Assembly (NCBI GenBank): GCA_017539215.1
Contig: JAFYHI010000052.1
Location: forward strand, 17,270 to 81,269
From: Clostridia bacterium
GTDB lineage: Bacteria; Bacillota; Clostridia; Christensenellales; CAG-138
Length of the DNA stretch: 64,000 nt
Direction of reading: 5' to 3'
Under the pieces are notes generated by a model. The model worked only from the letters and a program-made list of their open reading frames with translations, ran no database searches and was not told where the DNA came from. This document shows positions 54,754 to 64,000 of this stretch, in pieces (positions within the stretch are counted from its first letter, which is position 1; every line of letters starts with the position of its first letter). The position numbers and the translations under genes are program-made.

Positions 54754-55649
54754 TGGACAGGCTCTCATATGAAGAGGCAAGCGCGCGCTATGTGCGGCTT
54801 GTCGAGGCGGAGCTTGCCGCCATCCGCCGGCGCGAGGCCGGGCGCATACATCCGCGCCTGCTGGAGGCCATGTTTTACAGCATAGAGGGCGGGGGCAAGC
54901 GCATACGCCCCTGTCTTACGCTTGCCGTATGCGAAATGCTGGGCGGCAGCCTGCAAAACGCCCTGCCCATCGCCTGCGGGCTTGAAATGATACACACCTA
55001 TTCGCTCATACACGACGACCTGCCCTGCATGGACGATGACGATATGCGGCGCGGGCGGCCGTCCAACCATAAGGTGTTCGGCGAGGCCGAGGCGGTGCTG
55101 GCGGGCGACGGGCTTTTGTCGCTTGCGTTCGAGGTGATGCTCCGCGCCGCCGCGGAGTCGAAGGACCCGCGCATTCTGGCCGCCGCGTACGAGGCCGCGC
55201 AAAGGGCGGGCGCCGCCGGCATGGTCAGCGGGCAGTCCGCCGATATGGAGCTTGAGGGCGCTGTAAACCCCACGGGCGATATGCTGCGCTATGTCCACCG
55301 CCATAAGACCGCCGATATGCTCGAAGCCGCCGTTGTGGCGGGCGCGCTTACCGCGGGCGCGGACGCGGGCGTTTTGGAAAAGCTCCGCCGCTACTCTGCC
55401 GAGATGGGCCTGCTCTTTCAGATAACCGACGACCTGCTTGACGCCACGGGCGATCAGGAGCTTATGGGCAAAACGCTCGGCAAGGACGCGAAGCAGGGCA
55501 AGCTCACCTACGTCACGCTTCTGGGGATCGACGGCGCAAAGCGCGAGGCCGAGGCCGCAGAGCGCCGCGCAGAGGAGGCCATATCGGGCCTTGAAAACGC
55601 AGACTACCTTTTGCAAACCGTCCGCCGCATGCTTACAAGGAGCAGATAG
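54753..55649 (+). CDS. ispA: polyprenyl (farnesyl) diphosphate synthase
   Basis: First Asp-rich motif LIHDDLPCMDDDDMRRG and second motif FQITDDLLD. Confidence 0.9.
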   Translation: MDRLSYEEASARYVRLVEAELAAIRRREAGRIHPRLLEAMFYSIEGGGKRIRPCLTLAVCEMLGGSLQNALPIACGLEMIHTYSLIHDDLPCMDDDDMRRGRPSNHKVFGEAEAVLAGDGLLSLAFEVMLRAAAESKDPRILAAAYEAAQRAGAAGMVSGQSADMELEGAVNPTGDMLRYVHRHKTADMLEAAVVAGALTAGADAGVLEKLRRYSAEMGLLFQITDDLLDATGDQELMGKTLGKDAKQGKLTYVTLLGIDGAKREAEAAERRAEEAISGLENADYLLQTVRRMLTRSR

Positions 55650-55694
55650 CTCCGCTGAACAAATGAGAAAGGCGCCCCTTCGGGGGCTCGGCGC

Positions 55695-57551
55695 ATGATC
55701 GACATAAACGAACTTCCCATACTCTCGCGGGTGAACTCCCCGCGCGACATACGCGAACTGACGGCGGAACAGCTCGACGCACTTGCCGACGAGATACGCC
55801 GCTATCTCGTTTCGGTCGTTTCCGAAACGGGCGGGCATCTGGCGTCAAACCTCGGCGTGGTGGAGCTGACGCTTGCCCTGCACCGCGTTTTCGATTTCGA
55901 GACCGACCGTCTGGTCTTTGACGTGGGCCATCAAAGCTACGTCCATAAGCTTTTGACGGGTCGCAAGGAGGGCTTTCCGCGTCTTCGGCAGAGGGGCGGG
56001 CTTGCCGGCTTCCCCAAAACCGGCGAGAGCGTTTACGACGCATTCAACACGGGCCATTCCAGCACCTCCGTTTCCGCCGCGATAGGCATCATGCGCGCGG
56101 ACGCAATGGCGGGGGTCAGGCGTTCGGTCGTCGCGCTCATAGGCGACGGCGCTTTGACGGGCGGTATGGCTTACGAGGCGCTCGACGACGTGGGCCGTCA
56201 GAAGCTGCCGCTGATCGTGGTGCTGAACGACAACGAAATGAGCATCTCGGGCAACGTGGGCGGCATGGCAAGGCATCTTGCCAAGCTTCGCACCGCGCGC
56301 GGGTACAGGGGCTTCAAGCGCCGTTTTTCCAACGTGCTGCAGCGCATCCCGGTCATAGGCAAGTCCGTGAATTCGGGGCTGGAGCGGCTGAAAAACCGCA
56401 TCAAATACTTTGTGCTTCCGAACGTGCTGTTCGAGGAGCTGGGCTTTACGTACCTCGGCCCCATTGACGGGCATGATACCGAGGGGCTCATAAATGTGCT
56501 GACGCACGCAAAGCAGATGGATTCGCCCGTGGTAGTGCATGCCGTCACCAAGAAGGGGCGCGGGTATGAGCCCGCCGAGAAGAACCCTGAAAAGTTCCAC
56601 GGCATAGGCAAATTCAACGCCGAAACGGGCGAATCGCGCTCGTCCTTCGGCAACTCCGCCGTATTTGCGGAGGAGCTTTGCTCCCTTGCCGAGAGCGACG
56701 GGCGCATCGCCGCGATAACCGCCGCAATGGCCTCGGGCACGGGGCTGACTGCGTTTCAGCAGCGGTTCCCCGAAAGGTTCTTTGACGTGGGCATTGCCGA
56801 ACAGCACGCCGTCACAATGGCGGCGGGCATGGCGATAGCTGGGGCAAAGCCCGTGTTCTGCGTGTACTCGTCGTTTCTGCAAAGGGCGTACGATCAGCTT
56901 CTGCATGACGTCTGCCTGCAAAACCTCAACGTCGTATTCGGCATAGACAGGGCCGGCCTCGTGGGCGCCGACGGCGAGACCCACCACGGCATTTACGATA
57001 TCGCCTATCTGCTGTCCCTGCCCAATATGAAGATATTCTCACCCTCGTCGGCGCAGGAGCTGCGCGCATGCCTTCGCTATGCGCTGACGGAGAACGATTC
57101 GCCCTGTGCCATACGCTATAACCGCGGCATGCTTCCGGAGCGCGAGCTTCGCGGGAACGTGCTTTCGTGGGAGTGCATAAAGCCCTTCCGCAGCGTGTGC
57201 GTAGCTGCGTCCGGGCGCATGGTCAAGCCCGCCGAGGAGGCGCTTGAGGGCCTTAACGCGGGTCTGTGGAATGCCCGCTGCATCCGTCCCATGGACGAGG
57301 CCGCGCTTGAAGTGCTGTCGCACGCGCATTTCGTGTTTACCGTGGAGGACGGCATTTGCACCGACGGGCTTGGCGCGCAGGTAGCCGCATGGCTCTCGTC
57401 GCACGGCAGCGGGGCTTCGGTCATACCGCTCGGCGTGCCGAACCGCGTTATCGAGCAGGGCTCGGTCGCGGAACAGGATGAAGAATGCGGCATTACCGCC
57501 GCCGCAATAAGGGAGGCAGTTATGGCCAGAATGGGAGGCATCTATGCCTAA
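55695..57551 (+). CDS. dxs: 1-deoxy-D-xylulose-5-phosphate synthase
   Basis: 618 aa. GGHLASNLGVVELT, DVGHQSY.HK, GDGALTGGMAYEAL. Confidence 0.95.
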   Translation: MIDINELPILSRVNSPRDIRELTAEQLDALADEIRRYLVSVVSETGGHLASNLGVVELTLALHRVFDFETDRLVFDVGHQSYVHKLLTGRKEGFPRLRQRGGLAGFPKTGESVYDAFNTGHSSTSVSAAIGIMRADAMAGVRRSVVALIGDGALTGGMAYEALDDVGRQKLPLIVVLNDNEMSISGNVGGMARHLAKLRTARGYRGFKRRFSNVLQRIPVIGKSVNSGLERLKNRIKYFVLPNVLFEELGFTYLGPIDGHDTEGLINVLTHAKQMDSPVVVHAVTKKGRGYEPAEKNPEKFHGIGKFNAETGESRSSFGNSAVFAEELCSLAESDGRIAAITAAMASGTGLTAFQQRFPERFFDVGIAEQHAVTMAAGMAIAGAKPVFCVYSSFLQRAYDQLLHDVCLQNLNVVFGIDRAGLVGADGETHHGIYDIAYLLSLPNMKIFSPSSAQELRACLRYALTENDSPCAIRYNRGMLPERELRGNVLSWECIKPFRSVCVAASGRMVKPAEEALEGLNAGLWNARCIRPMDEAALEVLSHAHFVFTVEDGICTDGLGAQVAAWLSSHGSGASVIPLGVPNRVIEQGSVAEQDEECGITAAAIREAVMARMGGIYA

Positions 57552-58353
57552 AAGAGCCGACGTACTGCTTGTGGAGCAGGGCGGCGCGCAAAGCCGCGAA
57601 CGCGCAAAGGCCCTTATTATGGAGGGGGTCGTCTATTTCGGCGAGGTCAGGGTGAACAAAGCCTCCGACGCCTTTCCCGACGGCGCGGTACTGACCGTAC
57701 GCGAGGATCCGATACCCTTCGTTTCACGCGGGGGGCTAAAGCTCGACAAGGCCGTGCACAGGTACGGGATAGACCTTCGCGGCCGCGTCTGCGTGGACGT
57801 CGGCGCGTCGACGGGCGGCTTTACGGACGTAATGCTTCAAAACGGCGCGGCGCACGTTTATGCTGTGGACGTGGGTTACGGTCAGCTTGACTGGCGGCTG
57901 CGCTGCGATGAGCGCGTCACCTGCATGGAGCGCCGCAATGCCCGCGAAATGACGTCGGACTGGTTCGAAAAAACGCCCTCGTTCGCCTCGTGCGACGTTT
58001 CGTTCATATCCATCTCAAAGATACTGCCCCGCATGTTCGACGTGCTCGAGCCGGGCGGCAGGGCCGTGGTTTTGGTCAAGCCCCAGTTCGAGGCGGGGCG
58101 CTCCAAGGTCGGCAAAAACGGCGTCGTGCGCGACGCGGCGGTGCATCTTGAGGTGCTGACGGGCGCCGCAAAAAACGCGGCGGAAATGGGCTTTCGGTTG
58201 CTGGCGCTCGACTTTTCGCCCATTACCGGTCCCAAGGGCAATATCGAGTTTTTAATGTATCTGGCTAAAGAAACGGGGGATTCCCCCGATATTGAAAGCG
58301 AGGCGGCGCGGGTCGTTGCTTCGGCGCATGAGGAGCTTGGCATAAAGGCATGA
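57544..58353 (+). CDS. tlyA: TlyA-family rRNA (cytidine-2'-O)-methyltransferase
   Basis: An S4-like N-terminus plus an FtsJ-like methyltransferase (DVGASTGGFTD, SFISI, LVKPQFE). Confidence 0.9.
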   Translation: MPKRADVLLVEQGGAQSRERAKALIMEGVVYFGEVRVNKASDAFPDGAVLTVREDPIPFVSRGGLKLDKAVHRYGIDLRGRVCVDVGASTGGFTDVMLQNGAAHVYAVDVGYGQLDWRLRCDERVTCMERRNAREMTSDWFEKTPSFASCDVSFISISKILPRMFDVLEPGGRAVVLVKPQFEAGRSKVGKNGVVRDAAVHLEVLTGAAKNAAEMGFRLLALDFSPITGPKGNIEFLMYLAKETGDSPDIESEAARVVASAHEELGIKA

Positions 58354-59153
58354 AGCTTGTATTTTTCACAAACCCCAACAAGCCCCGCGCACGCGAGCTG
58401 ATGACGGAGCTTGCGCAGACCGCACGCAAAGCGGGCGTGGAGTGCGTCTCCGCGGCGGACGACGATGAGCTTTGCCGCGTGCTCGCGGGCCCGGGCCGGG
58501 ACGCGTTCTGCGTCGTGACGCTCGGCGGCGACGGCACCATCCTTCGCGCGGTGTCGGCGGCGTCGCCCCTGGGCATACCGGTGCTCGGCGTAAACATGGG
58601 CCGGGTCGGCTTTTTCAGCGAGATAGGCACCGACGGCTTTGAGGCGGCCCTTTCAAAGCTGAGCCGCGGCGACTACACCGTGGAGCATCCTTCGATGCTT
58701 GCCTGCACGGTCAACGGAGAGCCCTGCGGCGAGTGTCTTAACGATTTTGCCGTGCACAGGCAGGAGCTTTCGTCCATCACCCAGCTTGAGCTTGCCGTGG
58801 ACGGCGACGAAATAGGCGACGTTATGGCGGACGGGCTCATAGTTGCGACGCCCTCCGGCTCCACAGCCTATACCATGAGCGCGGGCGGGCCGGTCGTCGC
58901 GCCCAGGCTCGACTGCATACTCGTCACACCCATCTGCCCGCATTCGCTTACCGTGCGCCCCATAGTCGCAGGCGCCGATTCCGCCGTGACCGCGGTCATC
59001 AAGTGCGACTGCCGGTTAAGCCGCGACGGGCAAAATGTGCGCGTGCTGCACGCGGGCGACAAGGTGACCGTCGAAAAGTCCCGCCGCACGGCGCATTTTA
59101 TACGGCTTGAAAAGCGCAACGTGTTCAGGCTCATACGCGAAAAGCTCAAGTGA
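58350..59153 (+). CDS. nadK: NAD+ kinase
   Basis: GGDGT motif (VVTLGGDGTILRA), NxGxxGFL-type (VNMGRVGFFSE), and TPSGSTAY. ATGA overlap with tlyA. Confidence 0.95.
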   Translation: MKLVFFTNPNKPRARELMTELAQTARKAGVECVSAADDDELCRVLAGPGRDAFCVVTLGGDGTILRAVSAASPLGIPVLGVNMGRVGFFSEIGTDGFEAALSKLSRGDYTVEHPSMLACTVNGEPCGECLNDFAVHRQELSSITQLELAVDGDEIGDVMADGLIVATPSGSTAYTMSAGGPVVAPRLDCILVTPICPHSLTVRPIVAGADSAVTAVIKCDCRLSRDGQNVRVLHAGDKVTVEKSRRTAHFIRLEKRNVFRLIREKLK

Positions 59154-59180
59154 GCCCGCCCCGCATCGAAAGGGAAAAAT

Positions 59181-60866
59181 ATGCTCGAAAGACTTATAAT
59201 CGAAAACGTCGCTTTGATCGACCGGCTCGACCTTGAGCTGGGCCGCGGGTTCACCGTGCTGACGGGCGAGACCGGCGCGGGCAAGTCCATCATTATCGAC
59301 GGTATAGAGCTGGTTTTGGGCGGGCGCGGCAGCCGCGAGCTTATCACCCACGGCAAACAGAAATGCCGCGCGGAGGCTGTGTTCGATATCGGCGGCGAGC
59401 CTCAGGCGCAAAAGGCCCTTGAAGAGCTCGGCATTGAGGCCGAAGACGGCGTCGTCACCATCATGCGCGAGCTTAACGTAAACGGCAAAAGCACGGCGCG
59501 CGTCAACGGCGTGCTGCTGCCCGTTGCAATGCTCAAAACGCTTACGGGCTGTCTTGCGGACATACACGGTCAGCACGAGCATCAGTCCCTGCTTGACGAC
59601 AAAAACCATCTGGGCGTGATAGACGCCTATGGCGAAAAAAGCATCGCTCCCGCCGCCGCACGCACCGCGGAGCTTTACGGCAGGTACGCCGCCGTACGGC
59701 AAAAGCTCAACGCCGGATTCATGTCCGAGGCGGAGCGCGAGCGCCGTATAGATATATTGAAGTATCAGATAAACGAGATCACGACCGCCTCCCCGAAAGC
59801 GGGGGAGGAGGAGAGCATAAAGGAGGAGCTTACCCTGCTCACCAATGCCGAACGCATAGCGGACGCATTGAGCGAAGCGGGCGGTGCGCTGGGCGGCGAG
59901 CCGGGCGCGGTGTCGCTTTTGAAGCAGGCCGCGGATGCGCTTTCGGGCGTGGCGGGGTTCTCCAAACAGTATGAGGAGCTGTCGGGCCGTCTTCTCGACC
60001 TGTATTATGAGGTGGAGGATGCCTCATACACCGTACGCGACCTGCGGCTTTCGGCCGAGTTCGACCCGAAGCGCATCGACGAGCTTGAGGGCAGGCTCGA
60101 CGTGCTTGACGGATTAAAGCATAAGTACGGCCGTACGGTCGGCGAGGTGCTCGAGTTTGCCGCCGCCGCACGGCGCGAGCTTGATTCGCTCACATCCGGC
60201 GCCGAGCAGCGCGAAAAGCTGCAGGCCGAAAAGGCCGCGCTGGAGGCCGAATACTTTTCCGCCGCGGCGGAGCTTACGGACGCGCGCAAAAAGGCAGCAG
60301 GCGAGCTATGTGCGCTTGCCCGCGAACAGCTCACGGCCCTCGGTATGAAAAAGGCCCGCATCAGCGCGGAGTTTTCCGCGCCCGAGTCCCCCGAACCGCG
60401 TGAAAACGGTATGGATGAGGTCAGGCTGCTGCTCTCGGCTAACGAGGGCGAGCCGCTTAAATCCCTCTCAAAGGTTGCGTCCGGCGGCGAGCTTTCGCGC
60501 ATAATGCTGGCGCTCAAAACCGTTATCACGGACGCCGACGGCATACCCACGCTCGTTTTTGACGAGGTCGACACGGGCATCAGCGGGGCCGCCGCAAACA
60601 CCGTGGGCCTCAGGATGAAGCATATCGCCGCCCGCCATCAGGTGCTGTGCGTAACGCATCTGCCCCAGATAGCCGCCTTTGCGGACACGCATTTTGCGGT
60701 GTCCAAGCATGAGGAGGACGGAAGGACCGTAACAAGGGTAAAGCGGCTCGAAGGGGCGGAGCGCCCCGCCGAGCTTGCCCGCATAATGGGCGCGGAGGGC
60801 GATATTTCGGCCGCCGTTTCGCATGCCGAAGAGCTGATAAAAAAAGCCTCCGAAGCCGTTTTGTGA
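59181..60866 (+). CDS. recN: DNA repair protein RecN
   Basis: 561 aa. Walker A GETGAGKS, a long coiled coil, the SMC signature SGGELSR, and Walker B LVFDEVD. Confidence 0.95.
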   Translation: MLERLIIENVALIDRLDLELGRGFTVLTGETGAGKSIIIDGIELVLGGRGSRELITHGKQKCRAEAVFDIGGEPQAQKALEELGIEAEDGVVTIMRELNVNGKSTARVNGVLLPVAMLKTLTGCLADIHGQHEHQSLLDDKNHLGVIDAYGEKSIAPAAARTAELYGRYAAVRQKLNAGFMSEAERERRIDILKYQINEITTASPKAGEEESIKEELTLLTNAERIADALSEAGGALGGEPGAVSLLKQAADALSGVAGFSKQYEELSGRLLDLYYEVEDASYTVRDLRLSAEFDPKRIDELEGRLDVLDGLKHKYGRTVGEVLEFAAAARRELDSLTSGAEQREKLQAEKAALEAEYFSAAAELTDARKKAAGELCALAREQLTALGMKKARISAEFSAPESPEPRENGMDEVRLLLSANEGEPLKSLSKVASGGELSRIMLALKTVITDADGIPTLVFDEVDTGISGAAANTVGLRMKHIAARHQVLCVTHLPQIAAFADTHFAVSKHEEDGRTVTRVKRLEGAERPAELARIMGAEGDISAAVSHAEELIKKASEAVL

Positions 60867-60925
60867 CAGAATAAACAGGCTCTCCGCTCCGAAGAATAAA
60901 CGGGATGATTCTTTTGGAGCGGTGT

Positions 60926-62107
60926 ATGCATTTGATTTTCAGCAGAATAAAACCCTTTGCCGCAAAAAGCGCGGCTCTTGTACTGGCGTTCGCGCTGTTT
61001 GCTTTCGGGCACGGCGGGGCTATGCAGGCCCTGCGCGCCTGCCCGGACAAGGTTTGGGCAGCAGACCGCGCGGAGCTTTACCGCAAACTGGGCTTCAGCG
61101 GCGCTTGGGCGGCCGAGGCGTCGGCCTCCTCCGACGAAACGCTCCCTCCGCAGGCAGGGTTCAGGCTGTTCGGCCTTATCACGGCAAAAAAGGTCGGCAC
61201 GGTGATAGAGGAGCGCAGGTCCGTGTTCCCCGGCGGCGAAGCTGTGGGCATATCGATACGCACCCGGGGGGTGCTCATAGTCGGCTTCGGCTCCGACTCC
61301 GGCAACAGCCCCGCGTACCGTGCAGGCCTGCGTCCGGGCGACGTGGTGATCTCAGTCAACGGCGCGGACGTCGATTCGGCGGAGCAGATAACCGCTCTTA
61401 TGAGCAGCGCGTCCTCACGCGTGACGGCGCTTCGCGGGGGCAAAACAATGGAGTTTACCGTGGAGCGCGGCGAAGACGGCTCGGCGCTGGGCGCATGGGT
61501 GCGCGACAGCACGGTGGGCGTCGGGACGCTTTCGTTCTATAATGAAGAATACTGCGCCGCGCTTGGGCATTCGGTCACGGACGCCGATACGGGCAGGCTG
61601 CTTCAGGCCAAGACCGGCGCGCTCGTTTACGCAAAGGTGCTTGGCGTGGTGCGCGGCAGCCGGGGCGCGCCCGGCGAGATACAGGGTACGTTCGGCGCGT
61701 CAAGCCCCGAGGTCGGTCGGGTGTTTGCCAACACGGAGCTTGGTGTTTTCGCCTCGGTCACGGGGGAGCTTCCGCAAAAAAGCGCCATGCCCGTAGCCTT
61801 TCCCGATGAGGTGCACGAGGGGGAAGCCGTGCTTCTGTCAAGTGCGGACGGTGCGCTTCGGGAGTATTCCTGCCGCATAGTCAAGGCCGTGCGCCAGTCG
61901 TCGCCCGCCGCAAAGGGCCTTGTCATAGAGGTGACGGACGAGCGGCTTATATGCCTGACGGGCGGCATAGTGCAGGGCATGAGCGGGTCGCCCGTCATTC
62001 AGGACGGCAGGCTTGCGGGGGTCGTGACGCATGTTTTCGTAAACGACCCGAAAAAGGGCTACGGCGCATACGCCTACTGGATATTAAAAGCAATGGAGGG
62101 AAGCTGA
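60926..62107 (+). CDS. spoIVB: SpoIVB peptidase (S55 family, PDZ-containing sporulation signalling protease)
   Basis: TM/signal at the N-terminus, PDZ domain (AGLRPGDVVISVNG), and the serine protease motif GIVQGMSGSPV. Position between recN and spo0A. ATG 60926 has SD GGAG. ATG 60905 is an alternative. Confidence 0.9.
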   Translation: MHLIFSRIKPFAAKSAALVLAFALFAFGHGGAMQALRACPDKVWAADRAELYRKLGFSGAWAAEASASSDETLPPQAGFRLFGLITAKKVGTVIEERRSVFPGGEAVGISIRTRGVLIVGFGSDSGNSPAYRAGLRPGDVVISVNGADVDSAEQITALMSSASSRVTALRGGKTMEFTVERGEDGSALGAWVRDSTVGVGTLSFYNEEYCAALGHSVTDADTGRLLQAKTGALVYAKVLGVVRGSRGAPGEIQGTFGASSPEVGRVFANTELGVFASVTGELPQKSAMPVAFPDEVHEGEAVLLSSADGALREYSCRIVKAVRQSSPAAKGLVIEVTDERLICLTGGIVQGMSGSPVIQDGRLAGVVTHVFVNDPKKGYGAYAYWILKAMEGS

Positions 62108-62901
62108 TGAACAAATACCGGACCCTGACCCACAGGTGCCTGTATCTGGGCCGCATCGACAGCTATATCTCGGAGCTTGCGGAACGCTTTTCGCGCTATG
62201 CGCCGCTTGAGCTTCTCGAGGCGGAGGGGCAGAAGGACCTTTTGAAAAAATGCTATGAGTTCGAGCCGATGCTCATTTTGACCCGCGGCGAACCCGATAA
62301 GCTTGCTGCGCTTATGGAATGCGCGGACGATATCTGCTTTCGCCGTGCGGTGTGCATAGTGCTTGCTCCGGCGGAGAGCATCGGTGCGGTAAGGCTCGGC
62401 AGCGAGTCCGTCGTTACCGGGGTCGCCCCCTGCGTGTGGGATCCCGACGACGATATCATTGAGCTCATGCGCGTGTATCGGCGCAGCCTCAAGCTGGGCT
62501 TAAACATCAAAACGCTGTCGGACAGCATGCCCATCGTCACCGACCTGACCTGGTATGACACGGGCCGCGACAGCCTTGTACAGCGCGCAGCCATTTCGGA
62601 CAAGCTTGCGCGGCTTGGGGTAAGGCCGGAGCTTGCGGGGCATAAGTACCTGATCGCGGCGATAGCGCTGCAAAGCGCCGCAAGGATGGCTCCGGAGCCG
62701 ATAAAGCTTTACAGGCGCGTCGCCGCCTATTACAGCACCACGCCGCTTGCGGTCGAAAAGGCCGTGCGCTACGCCATAGAGAGCGCGTGGGTCACGGGCG
62801 ACATATTCTATCAGCAGGAGCTGTTCGGCATGACCGTCAGCGAGGACAGGGGCAAGCCCACCAATGCGGAGTTCATCGCAAGGCTTGCGCTCGATCTGTA
62901 A
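62107..62901 (+). CDS. Spo0A-like regulator: conserved Spo0A C-terminal DNA-binding domain with a degenerate (pseudo-)receiver domain
   Basis: 264 aa. The C-terminal part has GHKYLIAAI, TTPLAVEKAVRYAIESAW and GKPTNAEFIARLA (Spo0A_C hallmarks). The N-terminal part lacks the acidic pocket and the phospho-acceptor Asp (RCLYLGRID; PMLILTRGEP). ATG 62107 overlaps the spoIVB stop by 1 nt. The ORF-track start at 61951 lies inside spoIVB. Confidence 0.8.
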   Translation: MNKYRTLTHRCLYLGRIDSYISELAERFSRYAPLELLEAEGQKDLLKKCYEFEPMLILTRGEPDKLAALMECADDICFRRAVCIVLAPAESIGAVRLGSESVVTGVAPCVWDPDDDIIELMRVYRRSLKLGLNIKTLSDSMPIVTDLTWYDTGRDSLVQRAAISDKLARLGVRPELAGHKYLIAAIALQSAARMAPEPIKLYRRVAAYYSTTPLAVEKAVRYAIESAWVTGDIFYQQELFGMTVSEDRGKPTNAEFIARLALDL

Positions 62902-62947
62902 ACCGTGAAATCGGGCGAAAGCCCTTACCCGAAAAGGAGATAAAACT

Positions 62948-64000
62948 ATGAAAAAGAGAGCAGCTATAATCGTGCTTGACAGCGTAGGCATAGGCAGCCT
63001 GCCCGACGCGATAGAGTTCGGCGACGCCGGCGCGCATACGCTTGGGCATGTTTACGCCTGCCGCGGCATGAAGATACCCCATATGCTGCAGATGGGCCTT
63101 GGCAATATCAAGGGCTCCATGCTGCCCCGGGTAATGCTGCCTTCCGCCGCTTACGGCAGATCGCTCGAGGTCACAAAGGCAAAGGACACCACCTCCGGAC
63201 ATTGGGAGATGGCGGGCTTTCCCATGGATGTGCCGTTCCGCACTTATCCCAACGGCTTCCCGCAGGAGATAATCGGGGAGTTTGAACGCAGGACGGGCCG
63301 CCGCGTGATAGGCAACGAAGTCGCCTCCGGCACCGAGATAATACAGCGCCTCGGGGACGAGCACGTCAGGACGGGCGCGCTCATAGTCTACACCTCGGCC
63401 GACAGCGTGTTCCAGATCGCCGCGCACGAGGGCGTCGTGCCCCTGGAGGAGCTTTACCGTTACTGTGCAATTGCGCGTGAAATGCTCGTCGGCGACAACC
63501 TCGTCGGGCGAGTCATCGCACGTCCGTTCGTGGGCAAAGACGGCGTTTACACAAGGACGGAAAACCGCCGCGACTACGCGCTTGAGCCCATGGGCAAAAC
63601 CATACTCGACGGGCTTTGCGAGCGCGGCATGGACGTTGTGGGCATTGGCAAAATAGAGGATATATTTGCTCATCGGGGCATAACCACGGTAGACCATACC
63701 AAGAACAACCCCGACGGCATCGAGGCCACCATACGCTTCCTTAAAGAGGGCAGGGGGGACTTTATTTTCACGAACCTTGTCGATACCGACATGCTCTACG
63801 GCCACCGCAACGACCCGGAGGGCTACGCGAAGGCGCTTGAGTATTTCGACGCCAAGCTGCCCGAGATACGCCGTTCAATGACGCGCGGCGACCTTCTCAT
63901 TATCACCGCCGACCACGGCTGCGACCCGTGCTTCCCCGGCACCGACCACACCCGCGAGTACATACCCGTACTTGCCGCCATAGGCCATGGCAAACCCGCG
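62948..64000 (+). CDS. deoB: phosphopentomutase (5' part; continues past right window edge)
   Basis: Own translation from ATG 62948: [35 protein letters not shown]...TSGHWEMAG...[15 protein letters not shown]... SD AAAGGAGA. The frame is open to the window end, so it is absent from the ORF track. Confidence 0.9.
   Translation, partial: MKKRAAIIVLDSVGIGSLPDAIEFGDAGAHTLGHVYACRGMKIPHMLQMGLGNIKGSMLPRVMLPSAAYGRSLEVTKAKDTTSGHWEMAGFPMDVPFRTYPNGFPQEIIGEFERRTGRRVIGNEVASGTEIIQRLGDEHVRTGALIVYTSADSVFQIAAHEGVVPLEELYRYCAIAREMLVGDNLVGRVIARPFVGKDGVYTRTENRRDYALEPMGKTILDGLCERGMDVVGIGKIEDIFAHRGITTVDHTKNNPDGIEATIRFLKEGRGDFIFTNLVDTDMLYGHRNDPEGYAKALEYFDAKLPEIRRSMTRGDLLIITADHGCDPCFPGTDHTREYIPVLAAIGHGKPA

Noticed and set aside
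54765-56987. Two long minus-strand ORFs (357 aa and 380 aa) opposite ispA and dxs
   Set aside because: Both are antisense to highly conserved housekeeping genes. Their compositions are Arg/Ala/His-rich and lack start-site signals. The same reasoning applies to the other long antisense ORFs in the track (7568-8572, 33822-34751, 35136-35720, 42415-43683, 38474-39427, 26784-27614, 62873-63805).
60867-60925. SigF/SigG-type forespore promoter upstream of spoIVB (two GAATAAA boxes, at 60870 and 60895)
   Set aside because: The match to the SigG consensus (GnATAnn-17/18-CATnnTA) is partial, and the spacing is ambiguous by eye. That is not enough evidence to annotate.

Overview
This 64-kb window is mostly core chromosome from a high-GC, endospore-forming Clostridia (GC judged by eye at about 60% or more, not computed). 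Two secreted proteins carry type I dockerins, which suggests an Oscillospiraceae/Ruminococcaceae-like cohesin-dockerin user. Recognisable content, left to right: an ABC ATPase fragment, a zinc-ribbon membrane protein, a PIG-V-like glycosyltransferase, a Zn metallopeptidase, an NlpC/P60 hydrolase, pth, buk and ogg. Next come rplU-prp-rpmA with a leader, a dockerin adhesin-like protein, and an mreC-mreD-PBP2-GT2/GtrA-mntP operon. After that: a low-GC two-gene islet, glpK, an Ldh_2 oxidoreductase plus malic enzyme, a processive GT2, tkt, lepA, hemW, a low-GC orphan ORF, a HAD hydrolase, a small Zn-ribbon protein and a NUDIX hydrolase. Then a lone GyrB-like subunit, a tandem OB-fold SSB-like gene, a DUF1292 protein with a Cys/His/Asp tail, tRNA-Thr(GGT), a Cys-rich protein, a Cache-HAMP-PP2C phosphatase, a thioredoxin-dockerin fusion, an aquaporin, radA, ymxH, nrdR and pgeF. 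The window ends with the complete spoIIIAA-AH operon, asp23/amaP, nusB, xseAB, ispA, dxs, tlyA, nadK, recN, spoIVB, a Spo0A-like gene and the start of deoB. I found no CRISPR array, transposase, integrase, prophage or recognisable multi-gene defence system. The observations most worth a second look are: (1) the Spo0A orthologue at its canonical locus appears to have a pseudo-receiver domain lacking the phospho-acceptor Asp; (2) a nearly identical promoter/leader module lies upstream of both spoIIIAA and the tandem OB-fold gene; (3) three low-GC insertions, at 18.65-20.6 kb, 31.6-32.4 kb and 37.3-38.3 kb, the last next to the tRNA; (4) a TlpA-like thioredoxin is fused to a dockerin; (5) a 359-bp GC-rich noncoding region full of hairpins lies between glpK and the Ldh_2 gene. 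Every call rests on reading the supplied translations and the DNA by eye. No database search, HMM, folding or GC computation was run.
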